Below the pieces are notes generated by a model, which was not told the origin of the DNA, searched no databases, and saw nothing but the letters and a program-made list of their open reading frames with translations. Positions 24,651 through 33,431 of a stretch of DNA of 59,102 bases are shown here, piece after piece. Within the stretch, counting starts at the first letter, position 1, and every line of letters begins with the position of its first letter. A program made the translations under genes and the position numbers. This DNA comes from Kiritimatiellia bacterium (GTDB lineage: Bacteria; Verrucomicrobiota; Kiritimatiellia; RFP12; UBA1067): positions 1 to 59,102 of the forward strand of contig JAGYOL010000002.1 of the NCBI GenBank assembly GCA_018399555.1, written 5' to 3'.

Positions 24651-27632
24651 ATGAAATTTATCGTAACGTTTTTTACCGTGCTGATGCTGTTTAGCTTTGC
24701 CTTATCATCCGAAATCCGTTTTGATTTTGAAACCGGCGATATGCAGGGTTGGAGAATTGTCGAAGGACAGTTTGGTAGAGTGATCAGCGATCGCTCTCAG
24801 CAGCATCACGATCAGAAACCATACACTAAAGAGGGCCGTTTTTTTATGTCAACCCTCGAGAATGAGGATGGCACATCACCACGCGATGCATTCACCGGTG
24901 TGATAGAGTCACCGGTCATAACTCTCCAATCAGCCGCACTCTCAATGAAGGTCGGTGGTGGTAAGGGTGCGGATGTTTGTCTGGCTGTGTGCACACTCGA
25001 CGGCAAAGAGGTTGCCTATGCCCGCGGGGATAACTCGCAGGCAATGATCGTGCGTAACTTTGAGTTGCCGGAGCTTGTGGGGCAGTCGGTGTTTTTCCGC
25101 CTTGTGGATAAAGCAACCGGCAGTTGGGGTCATATCACTCTCGATGAGCTTGTCTGTCAGGGCGCGGTCGATACGCTCGCCACCGAGCTCCGTTGGCGCA
25201 AGTTGCAATCCAGGGGCAGTTCTCTTCATCAAACCAGTGCGGAGTCAATGCGGTCCGCCATCCGGGAACTGGGTGTGATGTACGGCACTCAGTATCCCGC
25301 TGAAAAGTTTTTGCGCGAAATCGAACTGGCTGAGCAAAGCGGAAACTCCACAGCGCATGATAAGGCGGTCTCCGACGCCCTGATTAAACACAATCCGCTG
25401 CTGAACTCCGCCCCGATCCTCTTCACAACCCGCAAGCAGTATCGACCTGATCATCACAATACAGCCACCCTTTTTCAAGTCGGTGAAATCAACGCCCACA
25501 GTTACGATACACAAGGATCATTGAAAAAACTTGATGTCGTTTCCGGCAAGGTGACAACAATTTTTGATCCCGGTCAAGGTGCGACCGTGCGTGATTCGGA
25601 GATATCTTTTGATGCTGAAAAAATCATCTTCTCCATGCGTCGGGGAGCCGATGACAATTATCATATCTATACTGTCCGCAGCGACGGTACAGAGTTGAAA
25701 CAACTGACGCATGCTCCAGATGTTTCCGATATCGATCCGATCTGGCTGCCCGACGGCAATATCGTTTTTTCCGGTACTCGTGAACCCAAATACTGCATGT
25801 GTAACCGACATATTATGTGTAATCTATATCGCATGGAGGCCGACGGCGCGAATATTCACCAGATCGGGAAATCAACGCTTTTCGAAGGTCACGCCTCGTT
25901 GCTGCCTGATGGGCGGATACTCTATGACCGCTGGGAGTACGTGGATCGCAATTTCGGGGATGCCCAGGGTTTGTGGGTATGCTATCCCGATGGTACCGGC
26001 CACGCAATTTATTACGGCAACAATACCACCAGTCCGGGGGGAGTGATTGATGCCCGTTCTCTTGAAGAAGGAAATAAGGTTATTGCTGTTCTCGGTTCCT
26101 GTCATGATCGACCCTGGGGCGCACTTGGTATTATAGACCGTTCAATAGGAGTTGATGGAGCTGAGCCCGTATTGCGAACCTGGCCTGCTGATTTCAGATC
26201 GCGGATCAGTACGGAAGGTCAGGATTTCGACTCCACAAAGCACCTGAAGATAAAATATGAGGATCCCTGGCCTTTGGATGATGAACATTTCCTGTGTGCC
26301 CGTCAGACCGGTCGTGGCGAGGAGATGGGTGTTTATTATCTTGATTTGCATGGCAACGAAATTCTGGTGCATAGTGAGCAGCCTGGCTGCTATGACCCGA
26401 TGTTGCTGCGACCGCGTGTTCCGCCGCAGATTCACGCACTGCGTCGTGATTTCTCCGACCCGCAAGGCAGCGGTTCCTTCTACCTGCAGAATGTTTATAT
26501 CGGTACCCATATGAAAAATGTCAAGCAGGGTGCAATTAAATATCTGCGCATTGTCGAGTCGCCGGAAAAACGCAGCTGGGCAGCGAAATCATGGAATGGA
26601 CAGGGAGCACAGGCGCCAGCGATGAATTGGCACAGCTTTGAGAATAAGCGCATTCTGGGAACAGTTCCCGTGGAAGCGGACGGCAGTGCTTATTTCGAGG
26701 TGCCAGCTAATACCTTTCTCTTTTTTCAGGCACTGGATGAATACAAGGTGATGGTGCAGTCCATGCGTTCAGGCATCTATGTACAACCCGGCGAGAATTA
26801 CGGCTGTGTGGGCTGTCATGAAAACCGTGTGGCCGACATACCGCACACCGGGGCCCGGCCTGTGGCTTTGAAGCGTCCGCCCAGCAAACTGACGGGCTGG
26901 TTTGGTCCGCCGCGTCGTTTCAGCTTCCAGGATGAAGTGCAGCCGGTTTTCAACAAACATTGTGTCAGTTGTCATGACTACGGCAGACCGGCCGGTGAAA
27001 AGCTCAATCTGGCTGGCGACCGCGACTCAATTTTCTGCACCTCTTATGTTGATCTATGGACAAAGGGTGCGATCCGCTGTGTCGGCGGAGGGCCGGCTGA
27101 ACTGCAGGAGGCCTACTCCTGGGGCGGTAGCAGATCAGATTTGATACGGAAGGTTTTCACGGGACATGCAGATGTTAAACTGGAAGCCGAAGAACTGGAG
27201 CGTCTTGTGACCTGGGTTGATCTCAACGCACCCTATTATCCGTTTTACGAATTTTCAGGATATGGCCATAACCCGGGTGGCCGTTCACCTTTGACGGCCA
27301 AAGAGCTTGAGCAGTTGAACCGACTGACCGGTCAGAAAATCAGTTTCAACCATCGTGACAGACAGCATGCGATGATTAGCTTCGAGCGTCCGGAAAAAAG
27401 TCGTATTCTTCAACAGCTGGAAGTAGATTCCGATGCATACCGGGCCGCACTCATTCTTATCAAATCAGGTGCGGAAAGATTAAAAGTGCTTCCGCGCGCA
27501 GATATGCCGGGCTTCCGTCCGGGAGCGCAACATGTTGAGATTAATCAACGCTATCAACGGCGTCTGCAATTTGAGCGTGATGTCTATCGTGCCATCCGCG
27601 AGGGTCGTAAACTCTATGATCGGACAGAGTGA
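24651..27632 (+). CDS. Periplasmic paralog of 17057..20242: N-terminal lectin/LamG-like domain, PD40-like propeller region and two CXXCH motifs, with no FGE-like domain
   Basis: The ATG at 24651 gives a signal peptide (MKFIVTFFTVLMLFSFALS). FDFETGDMQGWRIVEGQFG is the lectin-like start. PD40-like repeats (SDGTELKQLT, LPDGNIVFS, LPDGRILYDRWEY). CVGCH at 26805..26819 and CVSCH at 26961..26975. Shares ILGTVPVEADGSAYFEVPANT and VTWVDLNAPYY with the paralog. Confidence 0.85.
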   Translation: MKFIVTFFTVLMLFSFALSSEIRFDFETGDMQGWRIVEGQFGRVISDRSQQHHDQKPYTKEGRFFMSTLENEDGTSPRDAFTGVIESPVITLQSAALSMKVGGGKGADVCLAVCTLDGKEVAYARGDNSQAMIVRNFELPELVGQSVFFRLVDKATGSWGHITLDELVCQGAVDTLATELRWRKLQSRGSSLHQTSAESMRSAIRELGVMYGTQYPAEKFLREIELAEQSGNSTAHDKAVSDALIKHNPLLNSAPILFTTRKQYRPDHHNTATLFQVGEINAHSYDTQGSLKKLDVVSGKVTTIFDPGQGATVRDSEISFDAEKIIFSMRRGADDNYHIYTVRSDGTELKQLTHAPDVSDIDPIWLPDGNIVFSGTREPKYCMCNRHIMCNLYRMEADGANIHQIGKSTLFEGHASLLPDGRILYDRWEYVDRNFGDAQGLWVCYPDGTGHAIYYGNNTTSPGGVIDARSLEEGNKVIAVLGSCHDRPWGALGIIDRSIGVDGAEPVLRTWPADFRSRISTEGQDFDSTKHLKIKYEDPWPLDDEHFLCARQTGRGEEMGVYYLDLHGNEILVHSEQPGCYDPMLLRPRVPPQIHALRRDFSDPQGSGSFYLQNVYIGTHMKNVKQGAIKYLRIVESPEKRSWAAKSWNGQGAQAPAMNWHSFENKRILGTVPVEADGSAYFEVPANTFLFFQALDEYKVMVQSMRSGIYVQPGENYGCVGCHENRVADIPHTGARPVALKRPPSKLTGWFGPPRRFSFQDEVQPVFNKHCVSCHDYGRPAGEKLNLAGDRDSIFCTSYVDLWTKGAIRCVGGGPAELQEAYSWGGSRSDLIRKVFTGHADVKLEAEELERLVTWVDLNAPYYPFYEFSGYGHNPGGRSPLTAKELEQLNRLTGQKISFNHRDRQHAMISFERPEKSRILQQLEVDSDAYRAALILIKSGAERLKVLPRADMPGFRPGAQHVEINQRYQRRLQFERDVYRAIREGRKLYDRTE

Positions 27633-28179
27633 AAAGAGTTGCTCAACACCGGTGATTTCCTGCAGCGACGGCATGTGTGTCTCTTGTGGCAGGAAACCGG
27701 GTGCTTTGTATCGGAGTTGTCCCTACTGCGGAGAGGCAGTGTGGCACTCAAACTGGCGGCGTATTCTGAGTGTGTATGCTGCTGTGTTGCTACCGCTGTT
27801 TTTGATTCTTATGCTGGCGTTTGAGCGAACTCTGCTTCTCTCTCTGTTGGCTGCCTGGCACGGATCATCCTGGCAGTTGCGTCTGTTGAGTGTAATCGCC
27901 GCCGGTGTGCTGCTGCTGCCCTATGAAGACCGGAGATTGATCTATACATCAAAATTGCAGCGACTGGGCTGGCTTTTAAATGCGTTGGCGGCTTCCGCCA
28001 TTCTTTTACTGTGTGCGCTGACTTTTGCGGTGCGGTTGCGTTTTGCGGTGGCTGGTTCAGCCGGTCATGCTGCTGTCGCAGTGATTGCGCTGAGCGGGGT
28101 TGCGGTGTTTTTTGTGTTGAACTGCGGTTGGCATCAGCTACTTGGTACCCTGTTTCTGGTGGTGGTGCTTTTGGCCTGA
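27616..28179 (+). CDS. Hypothetical membrane protein with an N-terminal zinc-ribbon (CxxC...CxxC) and ~5 TM segments
   Basis: MCVSCGRKPGALYRSCPYCGE followed by hydrophobic helices. The start is uncertain: ATG 27616 overlaps the upstream gene by 17 nt, and ATG 27673 is the alternative. Confidence 0.5.
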   Translation: MIGQSEKSCSTPVISCSDGMCVSCGRKPGALYRSCPYCGEAVWHSNWRRILSVYAAVLLPLFLILMLAFERTLLLSLLAAWHGSSWQLRLLSVIAAGVLLLPYEDRRLIYTSKLQRLGWLLNALAASAILLLCALTFAVRLRFAVAGSAGHAAVAVIALSGVAVFFVLNCGWHQLLGTLFLVVVLLA

Positions 28180-28328
28180 TCGAGAGTCTTGATTTAAGCT
28201 ACAGCAACGAGCTTTCACCCGCATGGCGGGATGAGATCCGTAAGCGATGTAACGAGATGGACAACGACACCGTCGAGTTATTGGAGGCAAACGACGTTTT
28301 TCAAAGAGCATATGCAACACTCTCATGA
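28128..28328 (+). pseudogene. Remnant of an addiction-module antitoxin (the family with ..SL..//..AW..EI.RR..E...G motifs); N-terminal helix missing and no canonical start
   Basis: LIESLDLSYSNELSPAWRDEIRKRCNEMDNDTVELLEANDVF matches the C-terminal two thirds of that family. The only in-frame start candidate is TTG 28128, which lies inside the preceding membrane-protein gene. Confidence 0.4.
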
Positions 28329-28399
28329 AACCAATTCGATTTCATCGTGATCCTGACTACTGGAAAGATCGAAAATTAGAACAAAGCAATGCAGGCTAA
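28325..28399 (+). pseudogene. Truncated RelE/ParE-type toxin gene (24 codons)
   Basis: The ATG overlaps the antitoxin stop (ATGA at 28325..28328). MKPIRFHRD... is the usual N-terminus of the partner toxin, but a TAA at 28397..28399 ends it after 24 codons. Confidence 0.35.
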
Positions 28400-28562
28400 A
28401 AATGCTCGCGCATTTTAACCTGATTGCACACGTTCGCATGATGGGAGAAGAGATTAACACAACTGTTAAAGAGACGTTGCCGGCGAAAGTGATCGCATTT
28501 CTCAAATCCGATATCGTCATTGCCGGTTGTATACTTACCTGTTGTGCAATAGCCGCAGTCGC

Positions 28563-29297
28563 TTACAGCCAGGCACAGTTGAGTACGCACAATCCGTAGA
28601 TGGCAGCGGTTTCGGCCCTCAGAACACTGGAGCCCAGCGCGACAAGTGTGGAGCCGGCATCGCGCAGACTCTCCAATTCATAGGTTGTGAAATCGCCCTC
28701 GGGGCCGGTCAGCCAAGCAACGGCGTTCGGTGGTTTTTTCAGTGCCGCGACGGCATTTTTCATTGGCATCGCGTCATCGGTCAGTGCGGCTGTAAAGAGT
28801 GCATCGAAGCGATGCAAGAGCGGCTGAGCCTCTGCAAAATTCAGCGGCGGACTCACCTGCGGAATCCAGGCACTGCCGGACTGCCGGGCAGCGTCATCAG
28901 CCACTCTTTGCCAGCGTTCAGCCTTGCTCCGGCGTTCTGCCGGAGTCAGGCGCACAATAGTTCTGGCGGATATGACGGGAATGATTTCCGAGACGCCGAG
29001 TTCGGTTGCTTTCTCGATTGTCCAGTCGCTGCGTTTACCTTTACTGATGCAAAACAGCAGCGTCAGGCGGCATGCCGGCGGCGGATGTTCCTGTACTGCG
29101 GCGCAAGGTCGCAGCGTGAGAATGTGTTTGTCGATTGTCTTAATACGGGCCTGACGGGTAAGCCCATGTCCGTCAAAGAGTTGAAGTTCGGCACCTTCCT
29201 GCAGACGCAGGACATTGCGGATATGCCGACACTGAGCACGATCCATACAAATGGAAACGCTCAGCAGTTGTTCTGTAGTAACGTGGCATCGGTGCAT
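28563..29297 (-). CDS. rsmE: 16S rRNA (uracil1498-N3)-methyltransferase RsmE
   Basis: HRCHV...LFDGHG...SKGKRSDWTIEKATELGVSEIIPV...LTGPEGDFT..E...LGSSVLRAETAAI. Confidence 0.9.
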   Translation of the reverse strand: MHRCHVTTEQLLSVSICMDRAQCRHIRNVLRLQEGAELQLFDGHGLTRQARIKTIDKHILTLRPCAAVQEHPPPACRLTLLFCISKGKRSDWTIEKATELGVSEIIPVISARTIVRLTPAERRSKAERWQRVADDAARQSGSAWIPQVSPPLNFAEAQPLLHRFDALFTAALTDDAMPMKNAVAALKKPPNAVAWLTGPEGDFTTYELESLRDAGSTLVALGSSVLRAETAAIYGLCVLNCAWL

Positions 29298-29316
29298 TGT
29301 GTTGCCGCACTAATTA

Positions 29317-30495
29317 TCACGATTTTTTCCGGAGGGCGTCGCGCCGTTTGTAAAAGTTCTCAACGCTTTTACGCAATCGGGCAGTTTCCGCGAAATTGGA
29401 TTCGCCGGATTGCTCCTCAAAATCCCTGAGTGCTTTTTTCTGCCGTGAGTTCAGCTTTACAGGGGTTTCCAGTTCGATGCGCAGGTGGAGATCGCCGGTG
29501 CGTCCGTGCAGACTTGGCATACCCTTGCCGCGTAGCCGCAGAATCTTGCCGTTAGGAGTGCCTGCCGGCAGTTTGATACGGGCATAACCGTCAGGGGTGG
29601 GAATCTGAATCTCTCCGCCAAGTGCCGCTGTAACGGGTGATACCGGCACGGAACAGGCCAGTTCGTCACCGTGCCGTTCAAAAATTTTATGTTCGCGTAC
29701 ATGCAGCACAACATAGATGTCACCGGGAGGGCCGCCGCGTATGCCGCTTTCGCCTTTGCCGGTCAGACGGAGTTTGGAGCCGGTTTCAACCCCTTTGGGT
29801 ATGCGCAGAGTGATATGACGCGGTGCTTTGACACGTCCGTTGCCGTGGCAGGTCGGACAGGGGTTTTTGACGATCGAACCTTCGCCATGACAGATCGGGC
29901 AGGGCTGTCTGACCTGAAAGAATCCTCCGCCGGCAACCACAAATCCCTGGCCGCCGCATTGCCGACAGCTCTCTCGTCCGCTGCCGGGTGCCGCTCCGCT
30001 GCCGTGACAAGCGGGACAGCTGTCGTTGATTTTAAGGTCGAGCTGCCTTTCCGAACCGAACAGAGCCTCTTCAAAGTCGATTTCAAGATCGAAGCGCAGA
30101 TCATCGCCCCGCTGTGCTCCGCCGCTGCTGCGGCGTTGGCGCCGCGAGCCGCCGCCGCCAAACATGTCGGCGAAACCGCCGCCGAAGATCGTTTCAAAGA
30201 TATCGCCGAAATCGCCGGCGTGAGTGAAATCGCGTCCGAAGTCAAAACCGCCCGGGCCGAAGGATGATTTCACCCCGTCATGACCGAACTGATCATAGCG
30301 CTGGCGTTTCTGTGTGTCGCTCAGAACCTCGTAGGCTTCGCAGACCTCTTTGAATTTTTCGCCGGCCTCCTGATTGTCCGGATTACGGTCAGGGTGATAT
30401 TTCATGGCAAGTTTCCGATAAGCTTTTTTAAGCTCATCATCCGTGGCGCTCTTGCTTACGCCCAGAATCTCATAATAATCGCGTTTGGCAGCCAT
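29317..30495 (-). CDS. dnaJ: Molecular chaperone DnaJ
   Basis: J-domain with KYHPDRN, a G/F-rich linker and four CxxCxGxG zinc-finger repeats. Confidence 0.97.
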   Translation of the reverse strand: MAAKRDYYEILGVSKSATDDELKKAYRKLAMKYHPDRNPDNQEAGEKFKEVCEAYEVLSDTQKRQRYDQFGHDGVKSSFGPGGFDFGRDFTHAGDFGDIFETIFGGGFADMFGGGGSRRQRRSSGGAQRGDDLRFDLEIDFEEALFGSERQLDLKINDSCPACHGSGAAPGSGRESCRQCGGQGFVVAGGGFFQVRQPCPICHGEGSIVKNPCPTCHGNGRVKAPRHITLRIPKGVETGSKLRLTGKGESGIRGGPPGDIYVVLHVREHKIFERHGDELACSVPVSPVTAALGGEIQIPTPDGYARIKLPAGTPNGKILRLRGKGMPSLHGRTGDLHLRIELETPVKLNSRQKKALRDFEEQSGESNFAETARLRKSVENFYKRRDALRKKS

Positions 30496-30567
30496 ACTAA
30501 ACTTTCTTCCAGTTCAAATTGTCTAAAAGGCTCCGCGGTTGCCGGTAGCAGGTGCGGAGCCTGCGTC

Positions 30568-31173
30568 TCAGTCAGAAACATTTTCCGCATCGCTCTCGGC
30601 AGGTTGACCGCTGGAGACTATCACCTGTGCCGCCCGCATCAGATGACCGGAAAGCAGCCAGCCGCAACGCAACTGATCGATCACCCGGTTGGCAGGAACG
30701 TTAAGCGAGGGGATATAGGAGATAGCTTCATGCAGCTCAGGATTGAAATCCTCTCCGCGCGCCTCAACCGGTTCCATGCCGCAACGCTTCAAAACGGCGA
30801 TAAACTGGTCGTAAACCAACTTGATTCCGCTCACAAAAGGGTCATCTCGGTCATCAACCTTCTGTAGTGCCATCTCGAGATGATCGACAACCGGCAGGAT
30901 GTCGCCGAGCAGTCGCTCGTTGGAGCGTTTGATGTACTCTTCACGCTCACGTACCTGGCGTTTGCGGTAGTTGTCAAAGTCGGCCATCAGCCGGATATAC
31001 TGATTTTTGAGTCTGCTGATCTCATCTTCCCCGGCCTGTGCTTCTGGAGCGCAAGGCACTTCGTCAGCACTGTTTTGTTCAGTATCTTGAATCTTTTTGT
31101 CCTCGGCTGTCACCGCATCCTCAGCGTTTTGTTCTGTTTTGATATCTTTATTTTTTTTCTGCCTTTTCATCAT
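30568..31173 (-). CDS. grpE: Nucleotide exchange factor GrpE
   Basis: YIRLMADFDNYRKR...LPVVDHLE...GMEPVEARGEDFNPELHEAI. Confidence 0.95.
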   Translation of the reverse strand: MMKRQKKNKDIKTEQNAEDAVTAEDKKIQDTEQNSADEVPCAPEAQAGEDEISRLKNQYIRLMADFDNYRKRQVREREEYIKRSNERLLGDILPVVDHLEMALQKVDDRDDPFVSGIKLVYDQFIAVLKRCGMEPVEARGEDFNPELHEAISYIPSLNVPANRVIDQLRCGWLLSGHLMRAAQVIVSSGQPAESDAENVSD

Positions 31174-31211
31174 TGCTTAACCCTGCATTCCTTTTAGTAA
31201 AACGGGCAAAT

Positions 31212-31240
31212 ATTCTTTCATAACAGGTTGTTTTCGTCAA
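31212..31240 (-). promoter_or_regulatory. Candidate sigma-70-type promoter for grpE-dnaJ (TTGACG-17 nt-AAGAAT on the minus strand)
   Basis: CGTCAA at 31235..31240 and ATTCTT at 31212..31217, with 17-nt spacing, ~38 nt upstream of the grpE ATG. No CIRCE or sigma-32 consensus seen. Confidence 0.25.
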
Positions 31241-31333
31241 GTACAGGGATTTGTTTTAGAAAGCCCGCAGGGAAAGGGGTTGACTTTCGACACTTGGTTT
31301 GTAACTCTGATTTTCGAAGAAAGGAAGAATTTT

Positions 31334-31525
31334 ATGAATACGAAAGTGGATGCTGAACTCTGCATCGGCTGCGGCCTCTGCGAGGCCGGATGTCCGGAAG
31401 TTTTTGTGATGAATGACAACAATGTGGCCGAGGTCAAGGTCGAAGCTGTGCCTGGCGCAGCTGAAGGCTCCTGCCGTGAGGCGGCGGAGAATTGTCCGGT
31501 GGACGCAATTATAATCGAGGAGTGA
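31334..31525 (+). CDS. Small 4Fe-4S ferredoxin (63 aa)
   Basis: CIGCGLCEAGCP...C..AAENCPVDAI. ATG at 31334 preceded by GAAAGGAAG. Confidence 0.85.
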   Translation: MNTKVDAELCIGCGLCEAGCPEVFVMNDNNVAEVKVEAVPGAAEGSCREAAENCPVDAIIIEE

Positions 31526-31557
31526 GGGAAGTTTGATTTTCACTGTAACAGTGTAAA

Positions 31558-31608
31558 AGAAGGCGCTTAGGGACGATTGTCCTAAGCGCCTTCTGTTGTG
31601 CCTTTTTT
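31558..31608. terminator. Bidirectional intrinsic terminator between the ferredoxin gene and pckG
   Basis: AGAAGGCGCTTAGGGAC (31558..31574), GATT loop, GTCCTAAGCGCCTTCT (31579..31594). One bulged base. A T-tract follows on the plus strand (CCTTTTTTG) and TTTT follows on the minus strand. Confidence 0.65.
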
Positions 31609-31616
31609 GTTGAAGG

Positions 31617-33431
31617 CTATGAGTTCAGGCGATTTTTGAGCGCCTGCAGTTGTTCAATCATCCGGGCTGGCAGCCTTTCGCCGAATTTAGCCAGATATTT
31701 TTCGGCATCGGCCACGGTTTCCTGGTAACCTTCGATGTTGACCTTCATCAGCTCATCCCAGGTTTGAGCGGTGATATCGAGCCCGTCGAGGCAGAACTCA
31801 TCTTTTTTAGGCATCAGACCGATCGGGGTTTCATTGGCACCGACTTTGCCGGCAACGCGGTCGCACATCCATTTCAGAACGCGGCTGTTCTCACCGAAGC
31901 CCGGCCACAACCACTTGCCGTCATCGGTTTTGCGGAACCAGTTGACATAAAAGCAGCGCGGAGCTTTATCACCCAGTTGCTCGCCCATCTCGAACCAGTG
32001 CTGCATATAGTCACCGGCGTGATACCCGATAAAGGGGGTCATGGCGAAGGGATCAAAGCGCAGTTTGACATCGTGCAGATCCAATGCCGCGGCAGTCGGT
32101 TCCGAGGCGGCGGTCGCACCCATGAACACACCGTGGTTGAAGTCGAAAGCCTCGTGAACCAGCGGAACGGTAGCGGTGCGCTTTCCTCCGAAGACAAATA
32201 TATCAATCGGAACGCCGGCGGGATTCTCCCAGTCGTCACATATCACCGGGCACTGTGATGCAGGCGCAGTGAAGCGGCTGTTAGGGTGAGCACCCTTGAT
32301 TGGATTGCCGTTTTCATCGGTCATGCCGGGCTTCCAGGGATTGTTTTTCCAGTCGGTTCCGCCCGAACACTCGACACCCATGTCTTCCCACCAGACATCA
32401 CGGTCTTCGGTTACAACCACATTGGTGTAGATGCTGTTCGCTTTAAGCGAAGCCATCGCCATCGGGTTGGAGGCGTCGGATGTGCCGGGTGCCACACCGA
32501 AGAATCCATACTCGGGGTTGATGGCATAGAGGCGGCCGTCGGCTCCGGGTTTCATCCAGGCGATGTCGTCGCCGATAGTCTCAACCTTCCAGCCCGGCAC
32601 AGTTGACTGCAGCATGGCCAGATTGGTTTTGCCGCAGGCGGAGGGAAATGCCGCGGCGATGTGATAGCGTTTGCCTTCGGGACTGGTGAAGCGCAGAATA
32701 AGCATATGCTCGGCCATCCAGCCCTCCTGACGAGCGATACTGGAAGCTATGCGCAGAGCCAGGCATTTTTTGCCCAGCAGGGCGTTGCCGCCGTAGCCCG
32801 AGCCGTACGACCAGATCAGGCGCTCTTCCGGGAAGTGCGCGATATATTTATCCTCAAGCGGCGCACAGGGCCAACGACTGTCCTGTTCGCCTTCCGCCAG
32901 CGGTTTGCCGACCGAGTGCAGACAGGGAATGAAGTCGTCGTTTTTCTCGATCAGGCGCAGAACCTCGGTGGAAACGCGCGTCATGATGTGCATGTTGACC
33001 ACAACGTAGGGGCTGTCGGTAATCTCGACGGCGTTTTTTGCTATGTCGGAGCCGATCGGACCCATCGAGAAGGGGATCACATACATGGTGCGTCCCTGCA
33101 TACATCCGTCATAGAGAGCCCGCATAGTTTTCTTGAGTTCGAAGGGATCGATCCAATTATTGGTCGGACCGGCATCCTCCTCTTTAAGCGTGGCGATGTA
33201 GGTGCGCCCCTCGACACGCGCGACATCTGACGGATCAGAGTTGAAGGCGAAGCTGTTGGGTCTTTTTTCCTCGTTGAGTTTGATTGCCGCGCCGGTGCTG
33301 ACCATTTCCGCCATCAGACGGTCATACTCCTCTTTGGAGCCGTCACACCAGTAAACCTGGTCGGGTTTACACATAGCCGCCGTTTCATTAACCCAATCCA
33401 TCAGTTTCCTGTTTGTAGTAGGTGTATTCAT
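31617..33431 (-). CDS. pckG: Phosphoenolpyruvate carboxykinase (GTP)
   Basis: ~600-aa GTP-type PEPCK with the kinase-1a loop FPSACGKTNLAML and the conserved WMKPG/NPE.GFFGVAPGT blocks. Confidence 0.95.
   Translation of the reverse strand: MNTPTTNRKLMDWVNETAAMCKPDQVYWCDGSKEEYDRLMAEMVSTGAAIKLNEEKRPNSFAFNSDPSDVARVEGRTYIATLKEEDAGPTNNWIDPFELKKTMRALYDGCMQGRTMYVIPFSMGPIGSDIAKNAVEITDSPYVVVNMHIMTRVSTEVLRLIEKNDDFIPCLHSVGKPLAEGEQDSRWPCAPLEDKYIAHFPEERLIWSYGSGYGGNALLGKKCLALRIASSIARQEGWMAEHMLILRFTSPEGKRYHIAAAFPSACGKTNLAMLQSTVPGWKVETIGDDIAWMKPGADGRLYAINPEYGFFGVAPGTSDASNPMAMASLKANSIYTNVVVTEDRDVWWEDMGVECSGGTDWKNNPWKPGMTDENGNPIKGAHPNSRFTAPASQCPVICDDWENPAGVPIDIFVFGGKRTATVPLVHEAFDFNHGVFMGATAASEPTAAALDLHDVKLRFDPFAMTPFIGYHAGDYMQHWFEMGEQLGDKAPRCFYVNWFRKTDDGKWLWPGFGENSRVLKWMCDRVAGKVGANETPIGLMPKKDEFCLDGLDITAQTWDELMKVNIEGYQETVADAEKYLAKFGERLPARMIEQLQALKNRLNS

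Noticed and set aside
31174-31333. Searched the grpE upstream region for a CIRCE element or sigma-32 promoter
   Set aside because: There is no TTAGCACTC-N9-GAGTGCTAA-like inverted repeat and no CTTGAAA/CCCCAT pair. Only a weak sigma-70-like match was found, and it is reported at low confidence. The absence of dnaK between grpE and dnaJ was noted but is a common arrangement.
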